From: Octopus vulgaris
Taxonomy: Eukaryota
DNA length: 64,000 nucleotides
Direction: 5' to 3'
Assembly (NCBI GenBank): GCA_951406725.2
Contig: OX597819.1
Coordinates: 99,014,001 to 99,078,000 of the forward strand
The notes beneath the pieces were generated by a model. That model saw only the letters and a list, made by a program, of their open reading frames with translations, ran no database searches and was not told where the DNA came from. This document shows positions 13,399-25,655 of the stretch, in pieces (position 1 is the first letter of the stretch; each line of letters opens with the position of its first letter). The translations under genes were made by a program, and so were the position numbers.

Positions 13399-13605
13399 AT
13401 GTGACCTCATGAGTACCGTTGGCGATTTTTTTCCTCTGTCTTCCCTTCTCTGGATCTTTCCTTCTCCTATGTTTCCGACGAAGAGCTCCGCTCGAAACGT
13501 TAAACCCTCCTTCTTTCCTTCTTTCCTGATCGTCCAATAATACTATATTGGTTCCACGTCCTCACGTTGTTGTGTTTCTTTGTGCTTTCTTATTTGGATT
13601 AACTT
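13399..13605 (+). mobile_element. ~205-bp PLE pseudo-LTR-like cassette in (TA)n, containing a hammerhead
   Basis: Same start (ATGTGACCTC) and end (GGATTAACTT) as 50791-50995. Confidence 0.75.
13471..13505 (+). ncRNA. Minimal type I hammerhead ribozyme (U4C variant)
   Basis: GUUU-CCGACGA-A-GAGC-UCC-GCUC-GAAA-CG-UU-AAAC: stem I GUUU/AAAC, stem II GAGC/GCUC, palindromic stem III ACGU. Confidence 0.65.
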
Positions 13606-13615
13606 CATATATATA

Positions 13616-13699
<84 letters not shown>

Positions 13700-13709
13700 T
13701 ATATTATAT

Positions 13710-13790
13710 TAAATTAGAGATAAAACCACTATTAGGCAAATCATACAATGAAAAACTTAAGCCAATACATAAGATTAATTAATTTATATT
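13710..13790 (+). repeat. ~80-bp dispersed cassette in (TA)n; inverted copy at ~16240-16312
   Basis: TAAATTAGAGATAAAACCACTATTAGGCAAATCA...CTTAAGCCAATACATAA matches the reverse complement of ~16245-16310. Confidence 0.75.
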
Positions 13791-14363
13791 ATTTCAAATA
13801 TATATATGCATACATATAGACATATATAAATTACCCACACACACACTCACACACACGCACGCATGCAAACACACACACATACACACACACAAATACACAA
13901 ACACGAATGAAACTACTTTAAGTAAGAAGCAGGTAAGTTTTTGATTCACCGAAATTATCACCGCTACGGGCGATGGCAGGCCAATCGCCTTGTGGTATTT
14001 GGTATCAACTCTAAATGAGAAAGGGAGATAATCTGAAACAATCAAGGGTTCTCTAAAATCGGCATGTCATTAATGGAAAAATGATAAACAATTTAAAAAG
14101 GAAATTTATTGTTGTGGACGCATGTTTCCTCATCCATATGCATAAACAACACAGCAATAGATCGACCTTCTATCCAGCAGACGAAATGCTCAGGCATTTC
14201 CAAACACACACACACACCATAACAAGAATTAACAGTACAGGTTACTTTTGAAATATTTCGATGCCTGACATTATCTACCCTTCTCGTTCGGATTTGAAAC
14301 CATTTGCCGTCAAGTGATTGGTTTATTCTATTTCGAAGTGGAAATAATTTCAGCGAATCATGT

Positions 14364-14423
<60 letters not shown>

Positions 14424-15674
14424 CGCGCGCGTGTGTGTGTGTGTGTGCGTGTGTTTGTGTGTGTGTTCATTGTGGTACTAATAACCTAATGTAGAACTCA
14501 GCATACATATACTTCTGGGCGAAGCGTTAATCGGGTGCAGAGGAGTAATAAGAAAATGAAATGACAAACCAACAAACGATTATCTTATGAACTTCATTAG
14601 CTTACAACTGTTTCCACTATAAGATATGGTGGACTCACACACATACACATACATCTACTCTTTTAATCTTTTACTTGTTTCAGTCATTTGACTGCGGCCA
14701 TCCATTAGAAATGCACGAACGATTGTGGTGGTGTCATGAAGTAAACATGCTTCAGATACACTCGTTTATTCATACGAGCGTAACTGAGATGAAATATGTC
14801 ATAAATAACAGTGACAAACGAAATATACACCGCTGGTAGTTGTTGTTGACAAACAACACCATTAATTTTATTCAGCTGAATACACGTCATTGATTGGTTG
14901 AAATTACCGAAACACGACAACTTCAACGCGAAATAACTTCGTAAATAGAAACTTTTCTCAACAACGCTAAGAGTAAAAGATGTTTTATATGACGCATTCT
15001 ACCAGTATCCGAAGTTTGAAAATGTTTAGTTAAAAAAAAGTTAATTTATCAATCTGCCGATCCAACTAGACTTCTAATACTCAAAAACTTATTAAACTTT
15101 ATTACTATGATCGAGTCTGATTACCCAAACTGAAACAATATATATTTCACCTTCTTTTTGCTTCGTTTTAAATCTGTATATTTATCTTATATGGTATCGT
15201 ATTATCCTCATTATGTTTGGTTAGTAATGTGAATGAATCCTGACCTAATTAAATGTTTTTCTACTATCAAGTGTATATAAAAATCAGTTCCCTTAATGTA
15301 TGAAAGGGTCATTCTATGTTTAAACGATACCAGAATTATAATTAATATCATATTTCAACACAAATTCTAATATTATGCACTTCGAGGTTTTATGATCCCT
15401 CAGCCGGAATATACTTTAAAGAAGACTGTCTAATAATTCAATCGTCAGTTCGCTTCTCTCACCCGAATGGGTAAACAAAAACTTGAGCAAAGCTGTATAG
15501 GAATGTTTACCTTCGACGAATGCTTTCTGCAACTGAATCGACTAAATACACATAAATGTTACATTAAAGAACACGAGGACACTTATTCAGTAAAACACGT
15601 GTCGGATTGGAATAATATCGTAATAAATAATTTTTCAAGATGTATAATTCACCTCTCTTCTTTATGATGTTTCG

Positions 15675-15720
<46 letters not shown>

Positions 15721-15722
<2 letters not shown>

Positions 15723-16140
15723 CGCAGGAGTGGCTGTGCGGTAAGTAGCTTGCTTACCAATCACATGGTTCCGGGTTCAGTCCCAAAGCGTGGTACCTTG
15801 GGCAAGTGTCTTCTACTATAGCCTCGGGCCGACCAATGCCTTCAGTGGATAGGGTAGACGGAAACTGAAACTGAAAGCCCGTCGTATATAAGTATATATA
15901 TGTGTGTGTGTGTGCATTTGTGTGTGCATTTGTGTGTCTGTGTTTGTCCCCCCAACATCACTTGACAACCGATGCTGGTGTGTTTAAGTCCCCTTAGCGG
16001 TTCGGCAAAAGAGACCGATAGAATAAGTACTAGGCTTACAAAGAATAAGTTCCTGGGTCGATTTGCTCGACTAAAGACGGTGCTCCAGCATGGCCTCAGT
16101 CAAATGACTGAAATATGTAAAAGATTAGAGAGAGTAAAGA

Positions 16141-16141
<1 letters not shown>
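15721..16141 (+). mobile_element. tRNA-derived SINE, group A (full length)
   Basis: A box TGGCTGTGCGG, B box GGTTCAGTCCC, internal (TG)n, A-rich tail. Confidence 0.9.
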
Positions 16142-16192
<51 letters not shown>

Positions 16193-16310
16193 AATTATAT
16201 AAATAATTATATAAATTATATAAATTATATAAATAATATAAATTAATTTATGTATTGGCTTAAGTCTTTCTTTGTTTGATTTGCATAATAGTGGTTTTGT
16301 CTCTAATTTA

Positions 16311-16346
<36 letters not shown>

Positions 16347-16352
16347 CATATA

Positions 16353-16423
<71 letters not shown>

Positions 16424-16435
16424 TACATATCTATA

Positions 16436-16484
<49 letters not shown>

Positions 16485-17279
16485 ATGTATGTATATGTAG
16501 CTGTGTGTGTGTATTATATATATACATTCATATATATACCTATCTATACACATGTACATATACACACACACACATATATATAGGTATATATGTGTGTGTG
16601 TTTGTATGTGTGTGTGTGTGTGCGTTCGTATGTGTATGTGCGTGTATGTATGCGTGTATTCACCTGGTTTTATTTATATTTCATATTCACGATAACATCT
16701 GAAATAGATTTCTGCGTGAACGCCTGTTTGTCTATTTCTAGCTTATTTTTACAATTACGCGTGCATACATATACACACTTGCACACGCGCACATAGTAAC
16801 ATATACACTGTTATACGCTCATGCACACACACACAGACATACACACACATACACACAGACACACGCACACATATACTCGTATGTAAATACAATTTTTATT
16901 TATATATACATATGACTTTTGCATCTATAAATATATACACTATAAATACATCTAGACTCACATGCACTCATACATACATACATACATACATACATACATA
17001 CATACATACATACATACATACATACATACACTCATGCACGCACACAGATACACACGCATGTGCGCGTGCCTATACGTTCACTGATAAAATATTTCATGAC
17101 AAACATAAAAGCACAAATAGATATTATCAAAGTAGTACACACACCTACAATATTAACGCCCATACACACAGACACACACTCACACTCACACCTACATACA
17201 CGCATACGAATAAACAAACAGACACATATATACACAGATTATATAGTGTACATATGTATGCGCATATATATATATATGT

Positions 17280-17313
<34 letters not shown>

Positions 17314-17408
17314 GTACACACAAGCACTACAGCCGTTATATAAGTGAAATGAAGCATTATATATATATATATATATATATACATATTGTAGGTGTGTGTA
17401 CTACTTTG

Positions 17409-17467
<59 letters not shown>

Positions 17468-17959
17468 TCATACATATAGAGAGAGAGGGAGAGAGAGGGA
17501 GAGAGAGGAGAGATAGATAGATAGATTACGTGAGAAAGAGGGGTGGTAGAGAGATATATATTATAAATAGACACCCACATAGTACCGTGTGATATAAACA
17601 AGCTCATAAAATATCCAACATACTTCTGTGCTATATAGGACACACGCACAAACACACAAATACCATGCACAGCTCGGGGGAGTATATCACTCACATACGC
17701 ACATACACACATCATTAATCTTTAAAGTTTATACATCAGATCCAGTAATACATCTTCTATGCACCGGAGGGATATATAGGATGCATGATGTATACATCGT
17801 ACATACCCCTCGAGTGTATATCACATTAATCGCTACTCTAAATACTATTATAACCTTTTGGCCATATACTCTACACGCACAACATCACTCAGGTGTGTAT
17901 CTCACATAGGTGCTCTAAATACTAAATATTCTGCTTACGCTCTGGAGTGTTACTCTTTG

Positions 17960-18011
<52 letters not shown>

Positions 18012-18050
18012 ATGTGTGTGCGTATGTATGTACGCATGCATGCATGTATG

Positions 18051-18081
<31 letters not shown>

Positions 18082-18199
18082 GTATGTATGTATGTATACA
18101 TATATATATACAAATATACGTACACATTTCGCTTATGCATTGAGCGTGTGTCCTATATAGCACAGAAGTGTAGAATTTACTATACGTATGCTTTGGATG

Positions 18200-18670
18200 A
18201 AAGGTTAGTCATTTACAGATGACAAAGGCATAAGCTATTCTCTTATGAACTTCATTAGCTTACAGCTGTTTCCACTATAAGATGTGGTAGACTAATATTT
18301 GAGTGCCTGAGTAATACCTCACTGTTTCATCAGAGCTTCAAACATCAGAGCTTCAAACATGAAAATCAATTTATTTCGGAAAACAAATACGTTGGTAACA
18401 GCTGAAGTTCATAAGGTGATTGTTAATTCCTTTGTCATGGAAGTTCAATCCTTTGTGAAATAAATTCGTATTTCCTTGAAATTACCTTCCCTTTTCTTTA
18501 AAACTCGCTGACAGTTAACGTTGGTTCTTTGTTCTTTTCCCAACGAAAAGGCAATTTTCAAATCATTCAGTACATCGCCATTCCTTTGATATATCTAAAT
18601 CCATGGTATTTTGTTCCATTTCAGTAATCGGTTTAAGCTCACGTTTTGGAATAATGGAAAAGTATTCAAA
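18200..18670 (-). mobile_element. Penelope-like element 3' end remnant
   Basis: Minus strand has NDLKIAFSLGKEQRTNVNCQ, resembling GIY-YIG C-termini, followed by a hammerhead core; partial second copy at ~14561-14636. Confidence 0.5.
18257..18337 (-). ncRNA. Hammerhead ribozyme candidate with expanded stem II region
   Basis: AGCU-CUGAUGA-(~54 nt)-GAAA-CAGCUG-UA-AGCU: both core strands intact, palindromic stem III, GUA site. Confidence 0.55.
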
Positions 18671-18706
18671 TACAGTAATAATGGTAATTAATTAATTAAT
18701 TAATTA

Positions 18707-18956
<250 letters not shown>

Positions 18957-19471
18957 CAAGTATGGACTTGACAAAGCAAAATATTGACACGATCACAAAC
19001 CTGAAGGCATTGTCGAAAATAGAAATGCAAGGATCCTATGGGATTTTATGATTCAGTGCGATCATGAGATTGAGAATAGGAAGCCGGACATGGTCTTAAT
19101 TGAGAAAGAATGCAAACTATGTTGGATCATAGACATTGCATGCTGACAACAAGGTATGCGATAAGGAAGAAAGAAAAGCCGAGAGATATGACAGATTAGC
19201 TTGGGAAGCTAAGCAGTCGTGGTCGATGAAAAAAGATAGCAGTAGTACCAATAATTGTCGGAGCCCTGGGAACAGTGAGCAAAAATCTCGAGAAGTACGT
19301 AGAACAAATAGGAGCTGCAATGAGGGTGGAGCGCTTGCAGAAAACAGCACTGCTTGGAACAGCTAGAATACTCCGGAAGGTGCTCGAAAAATAAGAGGTG
19401 TTACCTTAGTTCACTGGTAGTGAACATCTGATACAGTAGTATATCTCTAGCGTTAGAATCTGTGCAAAGGC
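18957..19471 (+). mobile_element. R4/Dong-type LINE, 5'-truncated (REL endonuclease, disrupted)
   Basis: HKPEGIVEN..ILWDFMIQCDHEIENRKPDMVL..IIDIAC..VPIIVGALG..LQKTALLGTARILRKVLEK*, with a stop and frameshifts; (AAC)/(AAT) tail. Confidence 0.9.
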
Positions 19472-19517
19472 AACAACAACAACAACAATAATAATAATAA
19501 CAACAACAACAACAACA

Positions 19518-19790
19518 ACAGCCCACGTTCTACGCAAACACAATCAATTCAATAATACAATCCAAACAGAACAATCCACAAACACAAGGCACTCTATATA
19601 GCAAATATCCAATAAAATAAACAGCCACCACTAGAACAAACACCCAGCGCGCGCTACAAACACTACACGCAGTACAAGCATTAATACAACAAAAGACTTC
19701 ACCAGACCCTATAACAAAAGAAACTGACGCAATTCAATACCGGGAAGAGTTTGCACTCCCCCAACATCAAAAAGAACATACAATGTTGCT
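19518..19790 (+). mobile_element. Possible further R4/Dong 3' end fragment
   Basis: ACAGCCCACGTTCTACGCAAA (TAHVLRK) parallels TAHILRR at 26335; following AC-rich UTR-like sequence. Confidence 0.4.
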
Positions 19791-20910
19791 CACACCTTTG
19801 TAACATGGAGGTGTAGCAGGTGATGCAGTAGAAATTTACCTGAAACTACCAAATGTTGAACAACTACACCAGCGTCGACGACGACAATGGCAACAATAGT
19901 AATCATAATTGTTCCTTTATTGATTTTAGGGTCCCTTACTCCACATAAAATACAAAACATCTCATACAAAATGATTACAAACAAATTAGGTTATGTATGT
20001 GTACGCATGCTTATTTTATCAAAAGTTGACAGTTTAATATACTTGATAACTCTTACATTACTATATGCATGCATACTTACATGTATACACACATACATGC
20101 ATACAAAATACTTAGTTGCATCGACTTTTATCCTTTCAAGTTCGGTAAAGTAAGTACCAAATGAGCACTAAAAGGACATGTTCATATAGAACATGAATGC
20201 AGATGGAGACACCTATGCATATGCACACCTCAACTCAACCACATATTTACAAACTGCCCGAGAACTCTCTTACTTAAAGTCTCGTCATTTTATTAGCGAC
20301 CGGACTGAACACTATTTAGAACTTATGACACACACACACACACACACACAAACTCATTTGCTCATGGTCTTTAGTGACAACAACTAACGTGTTAAATAAT
20401 ATTTGACGTCATATTTGTAAGCAGTACCTCATAATTAATCTAAAACTGCTTTCAGCTTCAAGAAAAAAAAAACACATTTGTAACCGACCAGAGAAATCTA
20501 TTTGCTTTGACCATTTATTGCGTTAGCTCTGTTCCATGCCAACTTTTTGTCCATGTGACATAATTATTACAACAATTCCCTGTATACGTAATCTAGTTTA
20601 TTGATGTATCAAATGTTACGAATTCAAAGAATTCTGAATTTCAAACGTTCTCAGTTCTGATTCTTTGATGTTCATTTTCTAAAGTATAATGACTTGGCTG
20701 CATATTCTTCATAAACAGTTGAATAAGGACGATTTTCTGTTATAGTGAAATATATGATAGGAAAATGGCTACCATTAAGAGTCACGATTTTAGTAGAACT
20801 TGCTGAAAAGATTACGCGTATATCTGAATATTATTTATATTCTATACATATATTTTACACAAAGCCACTACACACACATATACGATTATACGAACACACA
20901 CAAATATATG

Positions 20911-20973
<63 letters not shown>

Positions 20974-21081
20974 TTATTTTTAATCAATATAGGGTGGCAA
21001 AAAAAATTTTGTAGAATTTTTTTGCCACCAGCGGCCTAGTGGGAAAAAATTAAATAGTCATAGACCATTTATAAGTTCAAC

Positions 21082-21332
21082 ATCACAATCAAGGAACGGC
21101 CATAATAGGCCATTCACCCACTAGAAATAACAGCCAAAGCTTCAACCGCAAAATAACATTAATTCCGCAAACCAGGAGAAAATTTTAAAAAATTAAAAAA
21201 AATTAAATTACAGGGTAAATGTTTTTTTTAATTTTCTCCTGGTTTGCGGAATTAATGTTATTTTGCGGTTGAAGCTTTGGCTGTTATTTCTAGTGGGTGA
21301 ATGGCCTATTATGGCCGTTCCTTGATTGTGAT
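21082..21332. repeat. Perfect 103-bp inverted repeat with 45-bp spacer
   Basis: 21082-21184 is the exact reverse complement of 21230-21332. Confidence 0.95.
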
Positions 21333-21805
21333 ATATATTATATATATATATATATATATACTCACACAAACTAATACATACATATACATATATAGACGCA
21401 CACGCGCACGCATGTATATTTTTAACCTTATGTTAAATTATTCTTCAGAGGCACATACAAATAACTGCTTCCATTCTTTATTTGCTTTGTGCCAATTATG
21501 GTATCAGTATGATTTCCTTGTTCTTGGTAAGCAGTCTCCCTCTCTTCTACTTTTCCAGGAATATGATGCATAACCAGTTCTGACTAGCATCCAGATGCTA
21601 AACACAACGAAAGCTTATTTTTGTTTCAATTCTCAATATTAATTATCATTATCATTATTATGACCATTAAAAAGGTGTCGAGCTGGCAGAATCACCACAG
21701 CGCCGGACAAAATGCTTGACAGCATTTCATCCAGCTTCTTCTTTGTATGTTTTGAATTGAAAAACCGCAGAGGTCAACTTTGTCTTTCATCCTTTCGATA
21801 ACGTA

Positions 21806-23096
21806 CGAGGGACGTTCAATAAGTAATGCCTCTGACCCACTTACAGTTGTTTGATCTAGCTGAAATTTTGCATGTGCAATTATTTATATCTCTATAGATT
21901 AAGTGGCAAATTACAGCTCTGAATTAATTGTGGTTTCTGATTTACAGGTGTTTGAACCGAGTCAAGTGTGAAATGCAGCCTGTTGAGTGTCGAGCAGTGA
22001 TCCGGTTTTTGTATTTGAAAGGACGCACACCACGGGAGACTTTTGATGAAATGAAAGTAACTTATGGTGATGATGCCCCATCATATGACCTTGTAAAACG
22101 CTGGCATCGTGAATTCAAACATGGTCGGAACTCTGTGGAAACAGCTCCCAGATCTGGTCGCCTCTTCTGCCATTGATGAGGCATCTGTCCGTCAAGTTGA
22201 GGCTGCCATTTTGGAAGATCGACGCATAATTATTCGCCAAATAGCCCATGAGGTCAAGATTAGTACCGGGTCTGTGGAAAGTATCATTCATGACCATTTG
22301 CATATGCAAAAGGTGTCTGCCAGATGGATTCCCAGGTTGCTCACGCCTTTCCAGAAGCAAGAACGCGTCGAGTGCTCGAGGGTGAATTTGGAGATGTGTC
22401 AAGAAGATGAGTCAAAATTTTTCAAAAGACTGATTACACAGGATAAAACCTGGGTCCATCACGATGATCCAGAGACCAAAGCCCAGTCAATGCAGTGGGA
22501 GCACCGTGACTCACCCCCTCCAAAGAAGGCAAGGGTGCAGCCCTCCGCTGGCAAGGTCATGCTCATAGTCTTCTGGGACCAGGACGGAGTAGTGATGACA
22601 GATTTCCTGGCAAAGGGTACCACAATTGCAGGAGCTTATTATGCTTCACTTTTGAGGAAATTAAGAGAAGTTATCAAAATCAAGAGGCGGGGCAAGATCA
22701 GCAAAGGTATCCTCTCCCTGCAGGACAACGCTCCGGTCCACAACTCGCTTGTCGCCAGATCAGAAGCACAGGCGTATGGCTATGAACTCCTCCCCCATCC
22801 CCCTACTTTCCTGACCTTGCACCCTCTGATTTTCACCTCTTCCCAGTCATGAAGTTGTTTTTTGAAAGGAAAGCGTTTCCCAGATGATGCAGCCTTGATT
22901 TCTGAAGTCACGTTGAGGTTGGAGGACCAAGCTGGGGTCTTCTACAAAAACGGTCTCCAGAGCTGCATCAAACAATGGCAGAAATGCGTAACTTTGGGTG
23001 GTTCCTATGTAGAAAAAGACTAATAACTGTGCCAAGTTTCGTTGCTCTACTGCTATGGGAAGTGGGTCAGGGGCATTACTTATTGAACGCCCCTCG
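21806..23096 (+). mobile_element. Full-length mariner transposon (irritans-like), 1291 bp
   Basis: 37-bp TIRs with 2 mismatches (CGAGGG[A/G]CGTTCAATAAGTAATGCC[T/C]CTGACCCACTT) and TA duplication on both sides. Confidence 0.95.
21973..23023 (+). pseudogene. Mariner transposase with two frameshifts
   Basis: MQPVECRAVIRFLYLKG, WIPRLLT, ITQDKTWVHH, QDNAPVH, HPP/..PDLAPSDFHLF; frameshifts near 22165 and 22808. Confidence 0.9.
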
Positions 23097-23186
23097 TAAG
23101 TACCACTTGAGCACTGGGGTCAATGTAATCGATTTACCCCCTCCAACCCAAATTTCAGGCCTTATGCCTATAGAAGAAAGGATCAC

Positions 23187-23247
<61 letters not shown>

Positions 23248-23574
23248 GTCATCATCATCATCACTATTATTTAGTTCAAATCACGCCGGGGTCAACTTTA
23301 CAATTCATCGTCAAGTATTTTTTTATTTTTTTATTTTTTTAATGTCCAGGTGGGGAATTTCTACGCCACTGAAACCGGGAAACCTGCCCTTATGAGCCTG
23401 ACATGGCTCGAGAAGGAACATTTATTTTTTTATTTATATGTAAGCTACAAAGGAAAGTACTGTCATGAAGTGCCAACATTTTAGTGAAATACAATCAAAT
23501 GAAATGGTTATAAAAGTTATTACAAACATCTCTTTTGTTTATCTTTGTTTACTACTGCTGGCATAATAATAACG

Positions 23575-24155
23575 GTTTTAAATTTTGGCACAAGGCCAGC
23601 AATTTCGGGGGAGGAGGTAATTCGATTACATCGACTCCTGTGCTTGACCTTGGATCTTGAAAGATTTTCAACTCAGACTGTAAAGACGGACGAAATGGCG
23701 CTAATCATTTTGTCTCGCGTGCTAATGATTCTGCTAGCTTGCCGCCTTAATAATAAAAATAATAAGACCTGGAGTTCTGTGGAAAGAAGCTAGACGATTT
23801 CATCGACCCCAGTGCTCATTTGGTACTTACTTTACCGAACTCGAAAGGATGAAAGTCGATGCAGCTAAGTATCTTGTACGACGTGCAAACTATTCTGCAA
23901 GCTTGCCGCCTTGATGATGATGATGATGATGATAATAGTAATCCTTTCTGATATAGGCACAAGGCCTGAAATTTTGTGAGAGGGGCTAGTCGATTACATT
24001 GACCCCAGTGATTGACTGATACTTATTTTATCGACCTCGAAAGGATGAAAGGCAAAGTTGACCTCGGTAGCATTTGAACACAGCACATAAAAACGGACGA
24101 AATGCCGCTAAACATTTCGTCCGGCGTGCTGACGATTCTGCCTGCTCGCTGCCTT
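23575..24155 (-). mobile_element. Cluster of three MetaSINE-type (group B) copies
   Basis: ~23575-23750, ~23795-23912, 23940-24155; reverse-complement core CGAAAGGATGAAAGGCAAAGTTGACCTCGG and head GATTCTGCxxGCTxGCCGCC. Confidence 0.8.
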
Positions 24156-24249
24156 GATGATGATGATGATAAAATCTGATACTGTTACCGATATCGTCGG
24201 TAACATTATCAGATCAGGGATTTCTGGAAGGTGTCAATTACACCTCGAC

Positions 24250-25000
24250 TGTTCAGTTAATCTTTGCCCATTTGCCCATTCGCCCACCCTTATGGTCTCT
24301 TCGAGAACATCACTCTAGTCCATCCTTAACATATTAAGGAAATCAAGTGTTGATATAACTCACTGATTGCGTTTACCGATTAGTAAAGAACTGAGACCCT
24401 GATGTCAGGAGACAGATCGTAGTCTTTATTTGCCTCTGGATTGAGGGTCAGTTAAAAGAGCTATAGGGAAATTACTCAAAAAGGAAAAAAAACGGCTATC
24501 ACACCTGCTCACCGTTCAAGAACCACTCCAGATATGGAAGCTCAGCACATACCTATATGTCATTAACCATGACACACCTGTGTCTTTTCAACCATGACAA
24601 ACCAAACCATCCACAGAGAGGAAGTTGACCGTAGATGAGCCTGCTAACCTTCGAGTAAACGGTCTTATTTAGTGATATGAAAACTGGGTTGAGTACGACA
24701 TTCAAGCAATAGCAAATAATAGGTTTGGAGTACATGTTCATCATCTCTACCCAGCCTTTCAGGGATAAATTCTTTACAGCCCGTTTCCGAGTAAGACTGA
24801 CCTTCCTGTTCGTAACTTCATCTCAGTCTCTGTCCCTACGGGATTTTCTCCGAATCAGTCTCCAAACACCTCAGCAGGACCATTGCAGCAGTTTTTCATA
24901 ACATTGGGCGTCTCCATGGACTTTCTCCAGCCACCGAACTTCAAATCCATTGAGTTGTCCTGGTAAAGCCTTGTATACCTTCGGTGTGATTCCAACCACT
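24250..25000 (-). mobile_element. Possible ancient CR1-like RT relic
   Basis: GITPKVYKAL and SWLKRHRCVMVN resemble CR1 GIHPRVLKEL and SFLxxRxQxVxVN; very degenerate. Confidence 0.3.
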
Positions 25001-25206
25001 ACGGCCACTATGAAGCTTAACACTATTACTGTGATTATGACGCCCATCTTCCAACGACCCAGTTCGAGGTGAATGTCATTCAACACTTCTATTTTTGTTG
25101 CAAAAGCAAAACAGCCAAAATACGCACGAGCAATAAGGCAGGACACTGAGTGATGGCCACCAAATAAGAAGTCCCATTGCCTTCTCCGCGTAAAATACTA
25201 TGAGCG

Positions 25207-25335
25207 AAGGGGCGTGGCCTAGTAGGTAGGGTGTGATGAAATCATGATTGTAAGCGTGTGGGTTCACGTATGGAAAGCGCCTTGTATCCTCGAACAAAGC
25301 AATTTATTCCACTTTGCTCTAGTTTACATGACTGA
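25207..25335 (+). mobile_element. Diverged tRNA-SINE head, group C
   Basis: GGCGTGGCCTAGTAGGTAGGG..GGGTTC..; aligns loosely with 28726-28866. Confidence 0.55.
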
Positions 25336-25383
25336 AAAATTATTGCCAACCTAGTATTTGTGCAGCCAGTTCTCTCACACGCT

Positions 25384-25410
25384 TGATGATGGTGATGATG
25401 GTGATGATGG

Positions 25411-25476
<66 letters not shown>

Positions 25477-25600
25477 CGATGATAATAATAATAACAACAA
25501 CAACAACAACAACAACAATAATAATAATAACAATAATAATAATAATAATAATAATAACAATAATAATGATAATAATAATAACAATAACAATAACAATAAC

Positions 25601-25655
<55 letters not shown>
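25384..25655. repeat. (GAT)n(AAC)n(AAT)n microsatellite
   Basis: Direct reading. Confidence 0.95.

Larger units (their letters stand above)
21672..23182 (+). mobile_element. MetaSINE-type SINE (group B) interrupted by the mariner
   Basis: Head GAGCTGGCAGAATC and core GGTCAACTTTGTCTTTCATCCTTTC to 21805; resumes TAAGTACC..ACTGGGGTC at 23097. Confidence 0.8.
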
